Of a stretch of 64,000 nucleotides of DNA, positions 22,116 through 34,739 are shown piece by piece. A program made the translations under genes and the position numbers. Every line of letters begins with the position of its first letter. The first letter of the stretch is position 1. The notes below the pieces were generated by a model. It saw only the letters and a program-made list of their open reading frames with translations, had not been told where the DNA came from and did no database searches. This DNA comes from Neophaeotheca triangularis (Eukaryota): assembly GCA_054600435.1 (NCBI GenBank), contig BAAIJX010000022.1, positions 124,001 to 188,000 of the forward strand, given 5' to 3'.

Positions 22116-23909
22116 ATGAACCGGCACGGCTACAGCCATGGTGCCAACGGGCATAGACAAGCGAGCTGGGGTTCCGCCAGCGAGTTGGGCATACGGACGG
22201 ACAAATATGAAAAGTAAGCAACACACCCATGCAGTCGAGAGGCCATGCAGGCATTGCGATATGACACAAGTGTGCTGACAGTGTGCTTTCATCCGCACAG
22301 ATACCAACCTCGATCACGGAACGCTCTACTACGGCGAAAGAGCCTCTACCTCAAAATCGGCGGCGCCATAACAATTATACTCTTCATACTAGGCTACATT
22401 TTCCCATCCCTAAGCCCCACGAGCATCCTCTCCGTCCTCTCCCTCGGCCTCTTTAGCGGCGCCTCGAGCGAAGAGTTCAACATAGAAACTGTCCGCTACT
22501 ACGACCTCTCTAATGTAGGCGGTACTAGCCGGGGCTGGGAACGCGATGAGCGCATTCTCCTCTGTGCACCACTGCGCGACGCTGCGCCGCACTTACCCAT
22601 GTTCTTCTCCCACTTGCGAAACCTGACCTATCCCCACAACCTCATCGACCTCGCCTTCCTTGTCGGCGACAGCAAAGACGACACCCTCCCGCTACTCTCC
22701 GACCTCCTTGCCGGGCTACAAGAGAACGAAGACCCGCGTGCAACTTTTGGCGAAATTTCCGTTCTGGAAAAGGACTTTGGTCAAAAAGTGAACCAGGATG
22801 TCGAATCTCGGCACGGTTTCGCAGCCCAAGCTTCGCGAAGGAAAAGTATGGCACAAGCACGCAACTGGCTGCTCTCGGCGGCATTGCGACCAACGCACTC
22901 TTGGGTCTACTGGCGCGACGTCGACGTTGAAACGGCACCCTTCACCATCCTCGAAGACCTGATGCGGCACAACAAAGACGTCATCGTGCCCAATGTCTGG
23001 CGCCCGCTGCCGGACTGGCTAGGCGGCGAGCAGCCTTACGACCTGAACAGTTGGCAGGAATCGGAGACGGCGCTGGCTTTGGCGGACACGCTGGACGAGG
23101 ACGCCGTCATCGTCGAAGGCTACGCCGAGTATGCGACGTGGAGGCCGCATCTGGCGTATTTGCGTGACCCGTACGGCGACCCGGATATGGAAATGGAAAT
23201 TGATGGTGTGGGAGGTGTGAGCATTCTGGCCAAGGCGAAGGTTTTCAGATCTGGAGTGCATTTCCCGGCCTTTAGTTTTGAGAAACATGCTGAGACTGAA
23301 GGGTTTGGCAAGGTAAGAATCCACGCATAAAGAAGCGGAGAGAGGTAGATTTGTGGGGTTATGCTGACCCTTTTCCCGCAGATGGCCAAGCGCATGAAAT
23401 TCTCCGTCGTCGGGCTACCGCACTACACGATTTGGCACTTGTACGAGCCGTCCGTGGACGATATCCGGCACATGGAAGAGATGGAACAGGAGCGGAAGCA
23501 GCGCGAGGCTGAGGAAAACTTGCGACAGGAGCGGTTGGAGAAGATTCAGAATCAGTTTGATGACGGCGCGACGCAGTGGGAGAAGGACAAGGAGGCTGTC
23601 AAGGCCGGTCAGGATGCTGCTGAAAAGGCTGCCAAAGAGAAGGAGGCGATGGAGAAGGCTGAGATGAATGCTGGTAGCGAAGCGTGAGTCCTTCCGTGCA
23701 AGTTCGATGCTTGCGATTTGACGTTTTGGCTGTGTCGGTGAGGTTTTTGCTGACTCTTCTTGCTTTGCAGTAAGAACGGAGGCCCGCTCCAGAACTTGAA
23801 CAACGAGGGCAAGGCGGAAGTCGTCGCCGAAAAAGTTCAACCCATGAAGCGAAACGGGAAAGCAGAAGCGGAGCAAAGGTCGGCAGCTCGCAGTGAAAAT
23901 AAGCCCTGA
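22116..23909 (+). CDS. ANP1: Mannan polymerase II subunit Anp1 (Anp1/Van1/Mnn9 family, GT62)
   Basis: Type II TM segment, LTYPHNLIDLAFLVGDS, ARNWLL, WRDVDVE, VWRPLPDWLGGEQPYDLNSWQES; three introns (about 22214-22300, 23313-23381, 23685-23770). Confidence 0.9.
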
Positions 23910-24526
23910 AGTGAGAAAACGATACTTGGACTGGTCGCTTGGGTTCTCGCGGGCGTTGAAGACATTTTGGCGCTATTTTGCATGGCGAGCACACGCATTT
24001 TCGAATGGGCTTTCCGCCTTCTTTTGCTTCCTCTACTCTTCTGTTGCGCCTGGTTTGGAGCTACTTGGGGCGTGGTGGTGAGGCCTCGTTCATACATATA
24101 GAGCGTGCTGAGCCCGCGGGTTCGACGACGAGTCTGTAGGAATATTGCATATGGTGCCATGTCTTACTATGCTCTTGCGATTAAAATGCCGTTAATGCTG
24201 GTTTATGCTTCGTTATCTGCTTTTGGTGTATGCGCGCCTTCAGGGGTTTAATGTAGGAACAAGTCTTGGCATATGTCGGTGTTAGCGCGCGAAGGCCGAC
24301 GACTCTCAGATGAGATGTGGACTTAATGTATGTTTCAATGTTACTCTACTTGCTGATTGCAAATGCTACTTACTTTTCCTGCCATAACAAATCGCCAGTC
24401 CCGTCAGCGTGTAATATAGGAAGGGATCCATCCGATCGAATCCACTCCCAATGATCTGGATGCTACCTTGACAGCTGTCACATCCAAGGGACAGATCGAC
24501 CTCCAACCCCAACCCAACCCACCATC

Positions 24527-27500
24527 ATGACCACTCTTGACGGCGCAACGGAATCCTCCTCCACCCTCGCAGCCGCAGTCGTCGACATGTCAGGCCCCTC
24601 AAATCGCAACCCAGCTTTCAGCGTCGCCATCGACCCCATAGCTCTCGTCGTAACCGAATGCATCACCGTCACAAGCGCAATGCGCAAGCACCAGCGCTGG
24701 GCCCACTCCTCCGTCTCCGCCATCCTCGGCGGCGGCACCCACACCCCCAAAACCCCTCCAAGCAACATACGGCGCGAGAAAGAAAACCCCAAGGACAGCA
24801 ACAGCAGCAGCAGCAGTCGAGGCATCGAACTCGACATTGACGAAGGCATCCTAGGCTCGCGCTGGGGTCTACGCGGCAAAAAGGGCGAGAGCAGCAAGGA
24901 CAACCCGCTCATGGCGGCTTTCGCCCGGCTCCGCAGCGATCTGAAACAGTGCCCGCGAATCCAGGAGTTCGCGACACCGGCGCTGCTGCAGCCCTTCCTG
25001 CAAGTCATTCGCAGCTCGAGCACCACGGCTCCCATCACCAGTCTGGCGCTCATCGCCATTACCAAGATGCTAGCGTACGGAATCATAAACCCCGCCAGCC
25101 CCGGCTTCGGTCACGGCATGCAGTTGCTGGCGTCTACGGTCACGCACTGTAGGTTCGAGGGCGACAATAGCCCGTCGGATGAAGTGGTGTTTTTACGCAT
25201 ATTGAAATTGATGGAGGACATGATCACGGGGACGCCGGGGGAGGTGCTGGGCGATGCTAGCGTCTGCGAGATGATGGAGTGCGCGCTCAGTATTTGCTGC
25301 CATTTGCGGATGAGTGAGGTTTTGAGACGGAGCGCGGAGATTAGCATGGTGACCATGTGTCAGACTATCTTTTTTCGCTTGAAGTTGTTGGAGGGGGAGT
25401 TTGGCGCTGAGCCTGGGAGGCTGGGGGATGAGGTTAGTAGGGGCGACATGGAGGCTGCGAATATTAATTTTGCCGGGAACGGTGTGCAGCAGCCGAGTAC
25501 GCGCAGGGCGAGCTCGAGTTTGGAGGTCCCTGGGGCTGGGGGCGAGGGTAGGGACGCGGGGAGTAGCATGGATGCGAGTGCGAGTACGGTGGATTTGCGC
25601 AAGACGCTGGAGGAGGGCGAGAAGGTGGAGGAGGTCAAGCCGTATGGGCTGCCGAGTATACGGGAGTTGTTTCGGGTTTTGGCGGATCTTTTGGATCCCC
25701 ATGACAAGCAGCGGACGGATACGCTCAGAGTGATGGCGCTGCGGATAGTGAACGTGGCGCTGGAGGTTGCTGGGCCGAGTATTGCCAATCACCCGAGTCT
25801 GGCGTCTTTGGCCAAGGATACGCTGTGCCGGAACCTCTTCCAGCTGGTGCGGTCGGAGAACATTGCCATTCTGCACGAGAGTTTGCGCGTTGCTGGGACC
25901 CTGTTGGCTACCTGCCGCAGCGTCTTGAAGCTGCAGCAGGAGCTCTTCCTTTCTTATGTCGTCGCTTGTTTGCACCCGAGAGTCCCTATTCCAGAGGATC
26001 CGACCATTAGTCCGGAGCTCTATCAGGGCGTACCGCAGGCCCCTGCGCTTGTGAGACCGATACCCAGCGGAACGCAGAGCGGGCGCTCGACACCTGTGCC
26101 CGTAAAGGATAGGCAGAAGCTGGGAATGGAAGGAGGAAGCCGGAAACCCGATGCACGAGAAGCAATGGTCGAGAGTGTCGGCGCGCTGGTTCGGATACCG
26201 AGTTTCATGCCGGAGTTGTTTGCCAATTACGACTGCGAAATCGACCGGAGTGACTTGTGCATCGACATGGTGGGTTTGCTGGCGAGGAATGCCTTCCCAG
26301 ACTCGGCTACATGGAGTACTACGAATGTTCCGCCGCTTTGTCTGGATTCGCTACTCGGGTATGTGCAGTGTATAGCGGATAGATTGCATGACGAGCCCAA
26401 GACTGCTGGACTGCCTAGTCCGGAACAGTTGCAGCAGCAAAGGGCGCGGAAGAAGGATATCATAAGGGGCGCTACGAAGTTCAATGAGAGTCCCAAGGGC
26501 GGGATTGTGTTTCTTGCGTCTCAGGGCATCATCCCTGATCCTAATGATGCTCAGTCGGTCGCATCTTTCCTGAAGGGGACGACACGAGTCGATAAAAAGG
26601 TGCTGGGCGAGTTCATCAGCAAAAAGAACAACGAGGGTCTCCTCGAAGCCTTTCTCGATCAGTTCGATTTCAAGCACCAGCGGTTAGACGAAGCCCTCCG
26701 GCAACTTCTCAACTCCTTCCGCCTCCCGGGTGAGTCCGCACTGATCGAGCGCATCGTCTCAACCTTCTCCGAGAAATACTTCGACAACGCCGCTCCCGCC
26801 GAGATTGTCGACAAAGACGCCGTCTTTGTCCTCACCTACGCCATCATCATGCTGAACACTGACCTATACAACCCCAACGTCAAGAACCAAAAACGCATGA
26901 CGGTCGAAGACTTTGCCAAAAACCTGCGCGGCGTCAACGGCGGCGGAAACTTCGACCAGCAATACCTACAAGACATCTACGACGCCATCAAGAACGCCGA
27001 AATCGTGCTGCCGGAGGAACACGACAACAAGCACGCCTTTGAGCACGCGTGGAAAGAGCTGCTCGTCAAGACGGCCACGACCGAAGACCAGAGCATCTGC
27101 AACACCAACATCTACGACGGCGACATGTTCGCCGCGACCTGGCGGCCCGTCGTCGCCACTCTCAACTACGTCTTCGTCTCCGCGACCGACGATGCTGTCT
27201 TCTCCCGCGTCATTTCCGGTTACCAGCAGTGCGCGGCCATCGCGGCCAAGTACGGCAACACGGAATGTCTGGACCACGTCGTCTGGTCGCTCGCGCAGAT
27301 TTGTACGCTGGCGAAGGAGGACAGTATGGATACCAAGCTGAATACTGAGGTCCAGGCGCAGGGCAGGAGTATCATGGTTAGCAAGTTTGCTGTCGAGTTT
27401 GGGAGGGATCAGAAAGCCGAGCTCGCGACTTTGGTGTTGTTTCGGATTATCAATGGCGTTGAGGGGACTATCAGGAAGGGCTGGATGCAGGTGAGTTGTT

Positions 27501-29499
27501 TCTTCTGGGTACATGGGTACAGGAGATTTATGTTGCTAACACGCGGGGAAACCAGATCGTCCGTATCATCGTCAATCTCTTCGTCAACTCGCTCATCCCG
27601 ACGTCTTTCACGTCCATCTCGCGCGATTTGGATCTGCCGCCCATTCCCCTGCAATCACCCGCGCAAGTCATCGAGCGTAACGACAAAGCAGCCGATAGCG
27701 GTCTTTTCAGCGCTTTCACCAGCTACGTCTCCAGCGTCATGAACGACGACCCGCCCGAGCCGAATGATCAAGAGATCGAAGCGACTTTGGTCACCGTCGA
27801 TTGCATCAATGCCTGCCGCTTCGAGGAGATCTTGGGTAATGTGTCCGAGCTGAGTTTGGAAGGGCTCAAGACTCTCACCGAAGCGCTGCTCCAGCACGTT
27901 CCGGGTGGTGAAAGCGACGAGGATTCCAGCCCCAGGGTCATTGCCGTCAAGCCTTCCGAGGGCGCGCTGCCGGCGCCCACGCCGCTGAGAGCCAGCCAGA
28001 CTAACGGCTCGACGCAGAAGGTGCCTCAGGGGCCGCAGAGCCCCACTTATGATCCCGCTTTGGTATATGTCCTCGAGCTGGCTACCATCTTGGCGTTGAG
28101 GGATGATGAGACTATCACAGTACTTGGTGAAGATGCGGCAAGGGCGTTGCAGAGGGTTATACGCGATGCCGACGCTCTGCACCCCGTTGCTCTGAGCCGC
28201 TCGGTTTTCTATCTGCTGAGCTTGCTGAGGGCCAGCAACGACCACGGCTACATTCGTGCGCCTGTAATTCTGCACTCGATCTCTAGTTTCAAGCCGGAGT
28301 TGCTGAAACAGTGCGCGCACCCCATCTTGAAGGGCATTCAGAGCTGTGTTAGTGGGCCAGCAGAGCTGAAGAAGGAGATGGCGACGAGTCCTGATTTCTG
28401 GGCTGTGCTGAGGACTTTGCAGCCTCAGACCGATGTTGCAGGTTTGGTGTTTGGTATTGTCGAAGCGGTGGCTAGCGGCTCGTCCCCGGCCATCACAGCC
28501 GACAACTACGAAGACAATGTGAAATTGCTCGACGCCTTTGCCTCGGCCGGCAGCATTGGCGCTCAAACCGAGCGCAACGAAGCCCAACATGCCAACGCAA
28601 AGCGCCCATCGCGGCAACAGCAAAGCCGCCAGACAGATCGCAGCGCCACACCCGACCCCAAGCCCGCTCCCATCAAGAAGCCCGAAGCCGTCGCCCGCGG
28701 TACCCAAGCCCTGAGCCTCCTCACTTCCCTCACCCACCTCGTCCCAACCCTCATCAAGTCCTCCCAGCTCGAACCTACCGAAGCCTGGCACGCCTACTGG
28801 ACGCCCCTCTTCACCGCCCTCGTCCACCAAAGCACCAACCCGTGCCGCGAGATCCGCCAACAAGCCCTCGCAAGCCTCCAATCCAGCCTGCTACGCCCGG
28901 AAATCACCTCAAACGAGCACACCGAATGGACGGCCATCTTCAGCGACGTGCTAATCCCGCTAATCAACGCCCTGCTCAAGCCCGAAGTCTACTCGGCCGA
29001 CGCAACAGCCATGTCCGAGACCCGCGTCCAAGCCGCCCAACTCCTCTGCAAAATCTTCCTGCACTACCTCCAACTCCTGAGCGAATGGCAAGGTGTCCTA
29101 GACCTCTGGTCCCGCATCCTGACCATCATGGACCGCCTCATGAACTCGGGCCTGCAGGGCGACGTGCTCGTGGAAGCGGTGCCGGAGAGTTTGAAAAACG
29201 TCCTCTTTGTCATGGCGAGTGGCGATTTGCTCAAACCACCACCGCCGCCACCGACGACGACGACGGAAGAGGGCATCGTGGATGAGAGGTCTGAATTGCA
29301 GAAGTTGCTATGGGGCGAGAGCGTCAACAAGCTGGAGCGCTTCCTGCCTGGTCTGATGAACGAGGTTTTCCCTCAGCAGGCCGCTAGGCCCGCGCCTGTG
29401 GTTTCCGGGCAGAGGGCCCAGCAGCAGCAGGTGCCTGAGCGGCCGGCGAGCGCGGTTAATGGCCATGAGCCAGCACCGGCTGAGGCGCAAGCGGCGTGA
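24527..29499 (+). CDS. GEA2: GBF1/Gea1/2-type Sec7-domain ARF guanine-nucleotide exchange factor
   Basis: DCB/HUS motifs (THCRFE, ELFANYDC), Sec7 motif FRLPGESALIERI and YAIIMLNTDLYNP; intron 27491-27555 joins the two long ORFs. Confidence 0.93.
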
Positions 29500-30503
29500 T
29501 CGTGATGATAGATTCGTGCTTTTGGAGCTCGGTCACGTTTCGCGGTCTTGCGAGAGCTTGTGTCATGGTTGTTCGGCAGGTTGTTCAACTCGCGCTACGG
29601 AGCCTCGGCTGGCCAGCCAGGTGCCTGTCTCGGCCGCTTTTGGTTTTCGTCTGTTGTTACTAGAGACTCGCTGGGTTTGCTTTTTCCCTTTTTCCTTGTT
29701 TTTTTTTAGAGGGTGGCAGATGATTTTGGGGATCGATCATCTGTGCTGGATCTCAGATCTTCCATCAGGATTTTTGGGGGGGCGCTTGATTGGGGCATAT
29801 AGCATAGCGGTGGCGTTTCCGGGGCTAGGCAATTGCTTGTTCAGACGGTCCTGCGGTTTTGGCTTTGAGGGTTGGAGGCGGTGCTTGTCATCATCGCTAA
29901 GTTACTACTGCTTGCTCGCTAAGTTTTTGTTTTCGTTGTTATCTAGATGTTGTTGCATTGTGTTGTCGTATTGTCGTTTTTGTACTATTGCTGTACAGTA
30001 TCTGTGTAAAAAATGCTTTGCGTCTCAGTGGTTTTTAGGAGGGAGGTCGATCGAAACGACGTCGAAACGGTACGGGTAAGGGTTTGGGCAGGTGAATCAC
30101 CATTTGCCTTTTGTCCGGCCGGCATCCTTGCTTGGACAGTGTTGCGGCTCGCCGACGACAGTAAGAAGCCGTGGCTGACTTGGCCTTCGTAATAAGACGT
30201 AGCTATCGTATCGTTCAATCGTACCAAGATAACCAAATCTATATGGGCTGCGGATCCAAGCGAGCTATATAAGAGCCCCCCAAAAAATTTCATCGTAAAG
30301 GCACATTGGCCCCCGTGCCTTTGTAGTTCTACTCCTCCGAAAGCCTCTGTCTCAATGGCTTTTTTTATTAACCCGGAGGCTGCTATTCCTCACTGCCTCC
30401 CAATCACTCCCAGCTATTGCGGTTTTGTGAAACCTAACGCGCACGCTAATTACCACTCTAGCTACCACCCGTACCGATGCCCCCTTGCACCTCCTTTCCA
30501 TCG

Positions 30504-32426
30504 TCACCGATGCAACACATCGTCGATCCCCATCCTCCGTCGCTTTTTCGGCGACCTTACCTTGCCACCCGGTCTGTTATCTTCTTCGGAAGAACCCTGC
30601 TGCTCCGTCTGCTGGCCACTGGAGGGCTTAAACCCGGTGGGACTGCTAGCAGCAATCGGCGGCAAGTTCAAACCCTCCGTGACCATTGTCTGTATTGGGT
30701 CTCGAGCCGCGGACCGAGGAGTGAAAGGCGTTGCTTCTGTTGGTGGCTCCGCAATCGGTAAGCGTGGCGTTGTAGGAGCTGGAGGCCCAGCATGGTAGCC
30801 GGAATAGGGGCCGGCTTGGTGAGCCATTTGCGCGTGCGTTGGAGGGTATGTGCGTGGCCCTGACGTTGATCCCATTACTGGGGGCGCTGGGGCGGTGACG
30901 CCAGGGTGTGTGAAATAGGATGAGGGAGGCGCAGATTGCGAGACAGCTTGTCGAGGTGGACCGAAGCTCTCTGGCGGATTTGGTGTTACAGCAAAAGGCG
31001 ACGCATACATATGCCCACTTGGCAGATGCTGAGGTGGCGGAGGTTGCGCCTGCTGTTCGACAGGGTGAAAGCTCGGTAGGGTGACGGCAACAAAGTAGGT
31101 CCCAGCTTTCGCAAGCCTGATACGAGCAGGAAACGTTTGCACATCTCTAACTGGTTGCGCCTGGGTCCAGATGTAGGTGCGATCCTCAAAACCTTGAGTT
31201 ACCTGGTCGACATCGCGCTCGGGCACGCCTAGCACAGGTTCTTGACCGCCTTGTACGATTGGCGGCAGATATGACGGCTCTCTCGCTTCTCGCTCTGCCC
31301 TCAGTCGGTTTCGTATAGATTGAATACTTTCACCATCCGCAGGGATAGCTACATGGTCGAGCCGTCGGTTTCTTACATCCTGGCCACCTAGCATGATTTG
31401 CTGGAAAGACCGATTTGCTTTGATGAAGACCAAGTCGAGGTCGAGGAAGCCAGTAGGTATTTCTGGAGATATTGGCCTGCCAGGTGGTGGAGCGAGAGGA
31501 TGCTGGAAGCCATATTGGGATTGCATGGGACCAGTCGGGACGTAGTTGGGACTCGGCAAGCCGTAGACAGAAGAGCCTTCGCTAGTTTGAGATCGAATAG
31601 ATCGGAACGAATCTCCGCGACTTCGACGGGGCTGTGCCATGGGACGCCCCGAGGCCGCCTGCTCACCCATCGTTGGCACTGTTACCCTTGAGCCCGATTC
31701 GGGAAGCATTTGCTCAGCTTTGACTTCGCCCTCGTCCCGAAGCCGTGGCCGACCGCGCTTCTTGTGCTGGACATCATAACAGGAGTCCTGGAAGAAGTCA
31801 GCTTTTCTGACGAAGCACCGAAACTCTGGGGCACAACTCACCTGTTTCCCAGAGGAAACACATCGTGCACACGGCCGTTGCACATCACAGCTCAGGTGCG
31901 CTCTTTTGCAGTTGATACACGCAGAGGCAACATGTGCTTTTGACTTGCGACCCCCTCTCCCACCTGAAGAATCGGCAGGAGCGGGTAAAGGCGCCGTTCC
32001 TGTTGCGCCTGACGTTGGGCCGCTGTTTGCTTGGATTACCGGGAGTGATGGCGGTTCCGTAAGAGGCGTTCCGAAGTGAGTATCACTCGTCTGAGGTGCG
32101 GCGGTTTGGTGACCGTAATAGAAAGATAAAGGGTGACTATAATGCCCTGAGGAGTAGAGTTGGTACGCACTTGGCGCGTACACTGTGGTTGAAGCTATGT
32201 TTGCGATGGTTGGCAAAGGCCGCGGTGTTGTGTCGCTGGTAGCTACTTTGTGTTCTGGACGTGGCCGGGGCGGCGATGGGGGGTTTGACATGGGCGGAGA
32301 GGGATAAAATACCTCGTCGTGAGAGGTGTATCTCCGCGATGGTTCGGACTTGCGTTTCGAGGGCACGTAACGCGGCGGCTGTTGCTGCAGTGTCGGGAGT
32401 GAGATATCAAGGCCTACAGGGCTCAT
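30504..32426 (-). CDS. Zn(II)2Cys6 transcription factor with a PAS-like middle region
   Basis: ACINCKRAHLSCDVQRPCARCVSSGKQ|DSCYDVQHKKRGRPR zinc cluster after removing the 54-nt intron 31841-31788. Confidence 0.88.
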   Translation of the reverse strand: MSPVGLDISLPTLQQQPPRYVPSKRKSEPSRRYTSHDEVFYPSPPMSNPPSPPRPRPEHKVATSDTTPRPLPTIANIASTTVYAPSAYQLYSSGHYSHPLSFYYGHQTAAPQTSDTHFGTPLTEPPSLPVIQANSGPTSGATGTAPLPAPADSSGGRGGRKSKAHVASACINCKRAHLSCDVQRPCARCVSSGKQVSCAPEFRCFVRKADFFQDSCYDVQHKKRGRPRLRDEGEVKAEQMLPESGSRVTVPTMGEQAASGRPMAQPRRSRGDSFRSIRSQTSEGSSVYGLPSPNYVPTGPMQSQYGFQHPLAPPPGRPISPEIPTGFLDLDLVFIKANRSFQQIMLGGQDVRNRRLDHVAIPADGESIQSIRNRLRAEREAREPSYLPPIVQGGQEPVLGVPERDVDQVTQGFEDRTYIWTQAQPVRDVQTFPARIRLAKAGTYFVAVTLPSFHPVEQQAQPPPPQHLPSGHMYASPFAVTPNPPESFGPPRQAVSQSAPPSSYFTHPGVTAPAPPVMGSTSGPRTYPPTHAQMAHQAGPYSGYHAGPPAPTTPRLPIAEPPTEATPFTPRSAARDPIQTMVTEGLNLPPIAASSPTGFKPSSGQQTEQQGSSEEDNRPGGKVRSPKKRRRMGIDDVLHR

Positions 32427-34662
32427 TGCTTCGCCAACCCTAGGGTCGAGATGGTATTTTGCTGTGAGAAATAGAATTCAAGGCGAATAATCGCCTGTCC
32501 ACACGGCATTTGCTGATCGGGCGAGAGCGATGGCACTTCCTCCAAGTAACAACAACAACAACAACGGCAATAACGAGGAGGTCGCGAAGCGTCAAGCGCG
32601 ACGTTCCAAAACCAAGCGATTGTGAAAAGAAGCTGACGAGGCCATCCTGGTCCATGGGCGTGCAGCCGCGGCCTGTCTATTGTCAGTACGCTATCCGGAC
32701 ATCCCCACGGCGAAGTGATCTAAACAAGGACGATAGCTCCGGCGGGCCTGCAGATCCTCTTGGGTAAGCGCCACAAGACGTTTTAAGAGTGGGCAAGGAA
32801 AGTTTTGTGTCACATCGTATGACGGCCATGAAGTCGAATGTGGGTTCTGAGATGTTGGGAAGTCGAGGCTGTCGAATCAACCAAGACTCGAGACGTTGTA
32901 GGATTCCTGGGTGGAGGGTGCTTCCTTTGTTGGTCGTAGCGCCACGGCTCGGCAAGGCAGCCTACATATACCCACAAAAGTACGGAACGATGATCAGCAG
33001 TGGGGATTGGGGAATATGATTGATACATACATCAACTCCTTTTTTGATTCTTCTGTCCTCATGCCACTGAGCTACCTGTCAACGTTTCTCTCTGTAGAAG
33101 CCAGCGCTATCAATTGAGTATTATTGATACGCTGACTCTGACATCGAATTGGATCAACACAGGAGATCAGATTTACCGAACGTTGGCCTAGGAGTCGGGC
33201 AAGACTCCAAACCGGCATTCGACAGCGAGCAAGACTAACGCAAAGCCGACATTAATCATTTGCGGACAAACACAGAACTTGAGTTCGGCAAGCGCGGTCC
33301 CTGTCGACGAGGTCAAAACTCCGGACCAGCGCAGTGGTGTTTGTGGCGCAAACGGTTTTGCCAGGTATGTTAGTTACTGCACGTCCTCCATGGCGGCGGA
33401 TCCAGGATGCGTAGGTATCATTGCGTGTGCTAATAAGGTTGCGAGCCGCATTGCGTCCTCGCGCATCGTGGCTTCCCTGACAGAAATCGGCGCCATGGGT
33501 GGGGCCGCGCTGCCTAGAAAGCAGTTTCAGTATCTCAACTCCACAGCATGTCGCCCATATGAGTATGAGATTAGCCGCGGACTGACGCAGGAACCGACCT
33601 CGACACGTTCGCAACGTCGTTTTGCAAGGCTTAACTGTTCAGTCAAGCTCTCAGCTGTTGGAGTAGGCAACTAGAATCTGCTCAGAAGACGGTCAAGTAA
33701 GGTAAGTCGGTAGTGATTGTAGCTTTTCTCAACCACATATCCGTCGATCACTGCCCAGCGCGGCGCATCTTGATGCTGTCTTTGGAAGGACTGGAACGTC
33801 GGACCAACGGCCAAAGTTTTACCGACGAGTAGGAATGCATCAGATACGGTTCGCTGCAACGGTCACGGAGTCCGGAGAACGAGGCAGCGACGCATCTTCC
33901 TGCCAGGCAGTCCGCGGGCGATAGCACAAGCACTTGCTTAGATCAGACAAGTCATCAAAACAGCCAACCTTTAGTTGCGAGGTACTACTAGAGGCTGATG
34001 TCGGTTTCGGCTGGCCCTAAGACAGGCAATTGTTGGTTGCGAGTAGTACTAGTAGTAGTGAGCCTGGCCGTGAAGGTGTCCAACAACTTGTCCCACGTTG
34101 GCTGCTCCGGAGAATCTACCAAGTACGGAGGATAACGATGAATGAACCTTGGTTGCACAGGCCACACCACTACTGTCTTGCAAGTTGCATAGGAGCCGAA
34201 TCGGCGCCTACGACATGTCCGGCGACGCTACGGACAAAAGGCGAGGTGTAACTGTAGTAGTGGTCTTAGATGCAGGAGTGGATGAGGAGCCGAAGCCTGG
34301 AGTCCGAAGCCTTGCTGCTTCCCGCCCACAGAGGGGCAAAAAGTCACGAAATGGGGCACGCAGTGATTGGGGTCGCTGTGGGAGGCTGGAGCGGATTAAC
34401 AGATGCTCCGAACACCTTCGCCTTCGGGATGCTCTCGTTAACGTTAATATTTGATGAGAAAATTCGAAGTAATAATCATTGCCCGCTGTGCTCTTCTCCA
34501 CTGAAAGTCGTAGTCCGGAAGACATGTAGTGGACGGGAGAATTGAAGCTAATGGGAAGAGCCGCGATCCGATGGCCTGTGCACGCACGCAACCCTGGGCT
34601 TGATGCGAATAGAATGCTTGGCGAAACAACCTCACCTACTCACGTCGATGACTAATAAGGTG

Positions 34663-34700
<38 letters not shown>

Positions 34701-34739
34701 TTTAATCAATCAATCAATCAATCAATCATTCAATCAATC
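34663..34739. repeat. (ATCA)n tetranucleotide microsatellite, imperfect
   Basis: About 18 ATCA units with two interruptions, seen directly. Confidence 0.95.

Noticed and set aside
27655..28881. Long antisense ORFs (this one, 25193-25975, 60838-61764, 2964-3728)
   Set aside because: Shadow ORFs from GC-rich codon bias of the opposite-strand genes, with no recognisable domains.
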